In this document: one piece after another, positions 9,290-12,869 of the stretch
Position numbering within the stretch: position 1 is the stretch's first letter
Layout of the letters: every line of letters begins with the position of its first letter
Assembly (NCBI RefSeq): GCF_006345805.1
Contig: NW_021826463.1
Location: 1-12,869, forward strand
DNA: 12,869 nucleotides
Direction: 5' to 3'
DNA from: Octopus sinensis
Lineage: Eukaryota
Program-made: the position numbers and the translations under genes
Notes under the pieces: model-generated
What the model was told of the DNA's origin: nothing
What the model saw: the letters and a program-made list of their open reading frames with translations, nothing else
The model's database searches: none

Positions 9290-9323
<34 letters not shown>

Positions 9324-9324
<1 letters not shown>

Positions 9325-9590
9325 AGTGGCACTTCGTGATTACAACGACGAGGGTTCCAGTCGCTCCGCTCAACGGAAGAGCCTGCTCGTGAAGTTAACG
9401 TGTAAGTGGTTGAGCACTCGACAGTCACGTATTCTCTAAACGTAGTTCTTAGGGCGATTCAGCGTGGCACAGGATGTGACAAGGCTGGCCCTCTGTATTA
9501 CGTGTATTACACATTATTCCCAACAGAATAGGGTGGGGCAATATGAAAGAAAGGTGTCTTGCTCAAGGACACAATGCGTGGCTGGGAGAA
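9324..9590 (-). mobile_element. SINE family C fragment, head (A/B boxes) lost, 3' tail abutting the (TA)n
   Basis: Minus strand has TTGTGTCCTTGAGCAAGACAC (about 9555-9575), a motif known to follow the tRNA B box in many SINEs. The body GGGCCAGCCTTGTCACA..GCTGAATC..GGAACCCTCGTCG..GTGCCACTT matches my recollection of an Octopus SINE; there is no second copy in the window to confirm it. Confidence 0.6.
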
Positions 9591-9654
9591 AAAGACAAAG
9601 AAAAGAACAACAATGTCTGGACGTGGTATATGCACAGTATTAAGAAGATGCTGA

Positions 9655-9760
9655 GGTCTTTGGTCGGCTCAAGTAGAAGAGATTTGCCCAATGTGCCACA
9701 CAATGGGCCTGAACCTGGAACCATGTGGTTGGTAAGCAAGCTACTTACCACACAGCCACT
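9655..9760 (-). mobile_element. SINE family A, 5' tRNA-like head fragment
   Basis: Reverse complement AGTGGCTGTGTGGTAAGTAGCTTGCTTACCAACCACATGGTTCCAGGTTCAGG..GTGGCACATTGGGCAAAT..TTCTACT matches 10052-10140 and 11975-12055. Confidence 0.9.
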
Positions 9761-9847
9761 ATTTTTTTAAATATATATTTTTTAATATATTTAATTCTCT
9801 TTTTAACTATTTGCATTGGGTTGTTTTCTCCCCATTCTTGAAAGTTT

Positions 9848-9870
9848 CACACACACACACACACACACAC
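9848..9870. repeat. (CA)n microsatellite
   Basis: Direct reading. Confidence 0.9.
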
Positions 9871-10043
9871 TACCCCCATACATACACAAACACATATTAT
9901 CCCTAAAACCACTTTTAAAACAGGCAGTGCCAAGGTTTCGTTCTTCTATCACGTCTATCTCAATAAAATGAAAGTCACATCTATTCTTTTACGATTCGCT
10001 AAATGTATATGCTATCGGTATGCCTGTATGTATGACATGTATA

Positions 10044-10360
10044 GGCGCAAGAATGGCTGTGTGGTAAGTAGCATGCTTACTAACCACATTGTTCCTGGAT
10101 CAGTCCCACAACGTGGCACTTTGGGCAAAAGTTTTCTGCTATAGCCTCGTGTGTATGTGTATGATTGCGTGAGAGTGTGTTTGTGTAACTACTTTCGCTT
10201 GACAACCAATATTGGTGTGTTTACGTCTCCGTAACTTAGCGGTTCGACAAAAGAGACTGATAGAAAAAGTACTAGGCTTACAAAGAATAAGTCCTGGAGT
10301 CGTTTTGTTCGACTAAAGGCGGTGCTCCAGCATGGCTGCTGTCAAATGACTAAAACAAGT
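10044..10360 (+). mobile_element. SINE family A, near full length with ~60-bp internal deletion
   Basis: GGCGCAAGAATGGCTGTGTGGTAAG head (A-box-like). Lacks the GGCCGACCAAAG..GAAAGAAGCC block present in the other copies. 3' end GGTGCTCCAGCATGG..GTCAAATGACT.AAACAAGT. Confidence 0.9.
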
Positions 10361-10444
10361 GTCTTCTACTATAGCATCGGGCCGACGATACACTTGTGAA
10401 TGGATTTGGTAGACGGAAACTGAAAGAAGCCCTTCGTATATATG

Positions 10445-10477
<33 letters not shown>

Positions 10478-10683
10478 TTGCGTATCTGTTTGTCCCCCCT
10501 CCCCCACCAACATCGCTTGACAACTGATGCTGGTGTGTTTACGTCCCCCATAAGAGCCCGTTAGAATAAGTACTAGGATTACAAAGAACAAGTCGTTGGG
10601 TTAATTTACTCGATTACAGGCGGTGCTCCAGCATGGCCGCAGTCAAATGACTGAAACAAGTAAAAGAATAAAAGAAAAAAAAG
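10356..10683 (+). mobile_element. SINE family A, headless copy fused to the preceding copy
   Basis: Starts at CAAGTGTCTTCTACTATAGC, contains the internal (TG)n, ends GTCAAATGACTGAAACAAGTAAAAGAATAAAAG. Aligns to 12050-12366. Confidence 0.9.
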
Positions 10684-10758
10684 AATATATGTGCATGTGT
10701 TTTGTCTTTTTTGTGTATGCGAAGTGTACTTATATGTTAATGAGTAGATGTGTGCGAA

Positions 10759-11033
10759 GGCGGTGAGCTGGCAGAAACGTTAGGACGCCGGGCGAAATGC
10801 TTAGGAGTATTTCGTCTGCAGCTACGTTTTAAGTTCAAATTCCGCCGAGGTCGACTTTGCCTTTCATCCTTTCGGGGTCGATTAAATAAGTACCAGTTAC
10901 GCACTGGGGTCGATATAATCGACTTAATATGTTTGTCTGTCCTTCTTTGTCCTCTCTGTGCTTAGTTTCTTGTGGGTAATCGACTGCCCCCCTCACCAAA
11001 AATCTCGGGCTTTGTGCCTAGAGTAAAAAAGAA
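10759..11033 (+). mobile_element. tRNA-derived SINE family B, copy 1 (two tail modules)
   Basis: A-box-like TGGCAGAAACG, B-box-like AAGTTCAAATTCC (10831), body CCGAGGTCGACTTTGCCTTTCATCCTTTCGGGGTCGAT. Aligns to copies 2 and 3. Confidence 0.9.
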
Positions 11034-11049
11034 TATATTTTCATGGTAG

Positions 11050-11264
11050 GGCGACGAGCTGGCAGAATCGTTAGCACGCTGGGCGAAATGCTTGGCTGTA
11101 TTTTGACAGTCTTTATGTTCTGAGTTCAAATTCCGCCGAGGTCGACTTTATCTTTCTTCCTTTCGGGATCGATAAATATAGCACCAGTTGCATACTGGGG
11201 TCGATATAATTGAAAAGCCCCCTCCCCCAAAATTTGGGGCGTTCTGCCTAAAGTAGGAAAGAAT
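11050..11264 (+). mobile_element. SINE family B, copy 2
   Basis: TGGCAGAATCG (11060), GAGTTCAAATTCC (11122), same body as copy 1. Confidence 0.9.
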
Positions 11265-11279
11265 ATATTTTGATAATAG

Positions 11280-11485
11280 GGTGGCGAACTGGCAGAATCG
11301 TTAGCACGCCTGGTGAAATGTTAGCGGTATTTCAACTGCCGTTACGTCCTGAGTTCAAACTCTGAGGTCCACATTGCCTTTCATCCTTTCGGGGTCGATT
11401 CAATAAGTACCAGTTACGCACTGGTGTCGATGTAATTGACTTTGTCCTCTCTATGTTTAGCCCCTTGCGGGCAATAAATAAATAA
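11280..11485 (+). mobile_element. SINE family B, copy 3
   Basis: TGGCAGAATCGTTAGCACGCC head, GAGTTCAAAC (11351), same body, AATA-type tail. Confidence 0.9.
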
Positions 11486-11812
11486 ATATATTTTCATACA
11501 TGGGCTATCTTACTAAATCATTCTTTTTTCTGGAGACTGCTCTGTTACGTTTGTCGATTTAGAAAAAAACAGAAAGAAACCACTGCTTCAGGGTGTTTCT
11601 CTAAAACTGCTTAATTAAAACGACACAATTAATATAGTCACTATATGCATAATATAGTTAACGTATCTTCTTTATGCAGGTGGCAGTCCTGGGGCACTCT
11701 CACACCTCATTATCTTAAATTGCTTGATGAGCAAAACACTTATTTCACTAAAATCTTATATATTCTCACCGCTATATTCAGGTTTGTTAAGCACGACTAA
11801 AATTACACTTCA

Positions 11813-11843
11813 CTGAAGAGACTTAATACAGCCGAAACACGTT
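11813..11843 (+). ncRNA. Decayed minimal hammerhead-like motif (orphan)
   Basis: CTGAAGA-G(A)CT-taatac-AGCC-GAAAC-AC-GTT: both core halves present with a plausible short helix II (3 of 4 pairs), but helix I is poor and the helix III palindrome is imperfect. Confidence 0.4.
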
Positions 11844-11966
11844 CGGAATTGTCTCAGAAAACGTTGAAGCTTTCAGAAAACGTTTCACACACATACCTAA
11901 AATGGGATTTTCAGAAGTTCGCCTTTGCCTTATATTTCAATAAATTTCAATGAATATAACTAAATA

Positions 11967-12366
11967 GGCGCAAGAGTGACTATGTCGTAAGTAGCTTGCT
12001 TACCAACCACATGGTTCCGGTTTCAGTCCCACTGCGTGGCACGTTGATCTACTATAGCCTCGGGCTGACCAAAGCCTTGTGGGTGGATTTGGTAGACGGA
12101 AACCGAAAGAAGCCCGTTGTATATATGAATATATATATATATGTGTGTGTGTGTGTGTTGTGTATCTGTGTTTGTTCCCCAACATCGCTTGGCAACCGAT
12201 GCTGGTGTGTTTAGGTCCCCGTAACTTAGATGCTCGGCAAAATAGACGGATAAAATAAGTACTAGGCTTACAAAGAATAAGTTGTGGGGTCGATTTGATT
12301 CGACTAAAAGCGGTGCCCCAGCATGGCCACAGTCAAATGACTGAAACAAGTAAAAGAATAAAAGAA
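11967..12366 (+). mobile_element. SINE family A, full length (small internal deletion)
   Basis: GGCGCAAGAGTGACTATGTCGTAAG head, GGTTTCAGTCCC B-box-like, internal (TA)/(TG)n, tail AAACAAGTAAAAGAATAAAAGAAT. Confidence 0.92.
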
Positions 12367-12423
12367 TGGAAGAATAAATACTGAAGTGAACTATTGCGCT
12401 ATAAGCACAAGACGCGTTTTCTT

Positions 12424-12591
12424 TTGCTGGGTAAAGGGGTTAGTCGACCTTAATGCTCGACCGGTATTTCTTCCTACGGCAGGATAAAAATCGAAGTGAA
12501 CCTCTGCAGATATGGAACTCAGAACGTAAAGAGAGCCGATGAGGCTCGAAGAGTTTTGTTTTACGTGCTAATGGTTTTGGTAGGTCAGCCC
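12424..12591 (-). mobile_element. Old, diverged SINE family B copy
   Basis: Reverse complement gives CAAAACCATTAGCACGT...TTTACGTTCTGAGTTCCATATCTGCAGAGGTTCACTT..TTTTATCCT..GTCGACTAACCCCT, colinear with the 11050-11230 copy. Confidence 0.6.
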
Positions 12592-12804
12592 TTTAATAAT
12601 TTGAATAAGAATAATATTCTGATGAACGAGTGAGGAACATATGAGCTGAGTAGGATAACCGCCAGGGCAAATACCGCTATGCATTTTGTGCGAAGCCCTA
12701 ACGATTCTAAAATCCCGCCGACTTTATCAGGTTTAGAAATAACAAAAGAGGATTGCCGTTTTCAATCTACATAAAGAAACATGTTAAGGTATGTCGTACT
12801 TTTG

Positions 12805-12836
12805 ATAATAATAATAATAATAATAATAACAATAAA

Positions 12837-12869
<33 letters not shown>
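12805..12869. repeat. (AAT)n microsatellite running off the window end
   Basis: Direct reading. Confidence 0.97.

Larger units (their letters stand above)
3029..9292. mobile_element. Penelope-like retroelement (RT + C-terminal GIY-YIG): minus-strand 5'-truncated copy joined head-to-head to an inverted copy of its 3' portion, inserted in (TA)n
   Basis: RT and GIY-YIG motifs on the minus strand, terminal hammerhead motifs and 2.25-kb inverted arms. Both outer ends read ...TTTTGATCAATT then (TA)13 at 3003-3028 or (TA)14 at 9293-9320; sequence beyond the TA tracts is unrelated. Confidence 0.93.
7026..9320. repeat. Right arm of the inverted repeat
   Basis: Near-identical reverse complement of 3003-5280. 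The differences I saw are mostly 1-nt indels and microsatellite length changes. Confidence 0.97.

Noticed and set aside
3003-9320. Inverted repeat as a foldback-read or assembly artefact
   Set aside because: The arms stop exactly at the element's 3' terminus on both sides with unrelated flanks beyond, and the spacer is RT sequence continuous with one arm. Artefactual foldbacks would normally mirror flanking DNA too. Spanning reads are still needed for proof.
2844-9590. Idea that 9324-9590 is the 3' half of the SINE interrupted at 3028
   Set aside because: Family-A copies in this window continue after the microsatellite with TGTTTGTCCCC..AACATCGCTTG, which is absent at 9324+. That segment instead appears to be a different, minus-strand SINE.
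11032-11503. CRISPR-like repeat-spacer array
   Set aside because: Eukaryotic context, the intervening units are ~210-nt homologous SINEs rather than unique spacers, and there are no cas genes.
11660-11720. Splice-acceptor-like TCTTCTTTATGCAG/GTGGCAG suggesting a host exon
   Set aside because: No sustained ORF or recognisable peptide follows; such motifs are common by chance.
60-12349. Most ORFs in the supplied track (e.g. 2833-3531, 3281-3853, 4013-4792, 7467-7943, 8089-8415, 12023-12349)
   Set aside because: They are translations of microsatellites, skewed UTR blocks or SINEs (YIYI, VCVC, THTH, FYFYF) with no domain signal. Only 4949-5263, 6457-6669 and 7159-7665 overlap real PLE coding sequence.
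12612-12795. CTGATGA (12619) plus GAAACATGTT (12776) as a long-helix-II hammerhead
   Set aside because: The halves are 150 nt apart, there is no G10.1-C11.1 closing pair and no convincing helix I; compatible with chance in AT-rich DNA.

Overview
AT-rich, repeat-dense eukaryotic DNA with no recognisable host gene. The tRNA-derived SINE families resemble, from memory, those of Octopus/coleoid cephalopods; this was not checked by any search. The centrepiece is a ~6.26-kb Penelope-like retroelement (PLE) insertion at 3029-9292, sitting in a (TA)n tract. On the minus strand, a 5'-truncated and frameshifted ORF (7025->4832) encodes a PLE reverse transcriptase (ADKT, KDHK, RLICP, FIQFDI, FDVAMGS, YRDD, VNFLD, NHPP, WFN, ISYS) followed by a Cys-knuckle and a C-terminal GIY-YIG endonuclease. 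A ~1.8-kb microsatellite-rich 3' UTR follows and ends in a type I hammerhead ribozyme (3076-3155, minus) with a self-complementary helix III and an unusually long helix II. The 3' 2.25 kb (endonuclease + UTR + ribozyme) recurs in inverted orientation at 7026-9292, so both 3' ends point outward into (TA)n. The flanks hold microsatellites, at least three SINE families (including a tandem triplet with a recurring 19-nt spacer and a microhomology-fused pair) and a second, decayed hammerhead-like motif at ~11813-11843. Most ORFs in the supplied track are microsatellite artefacts.
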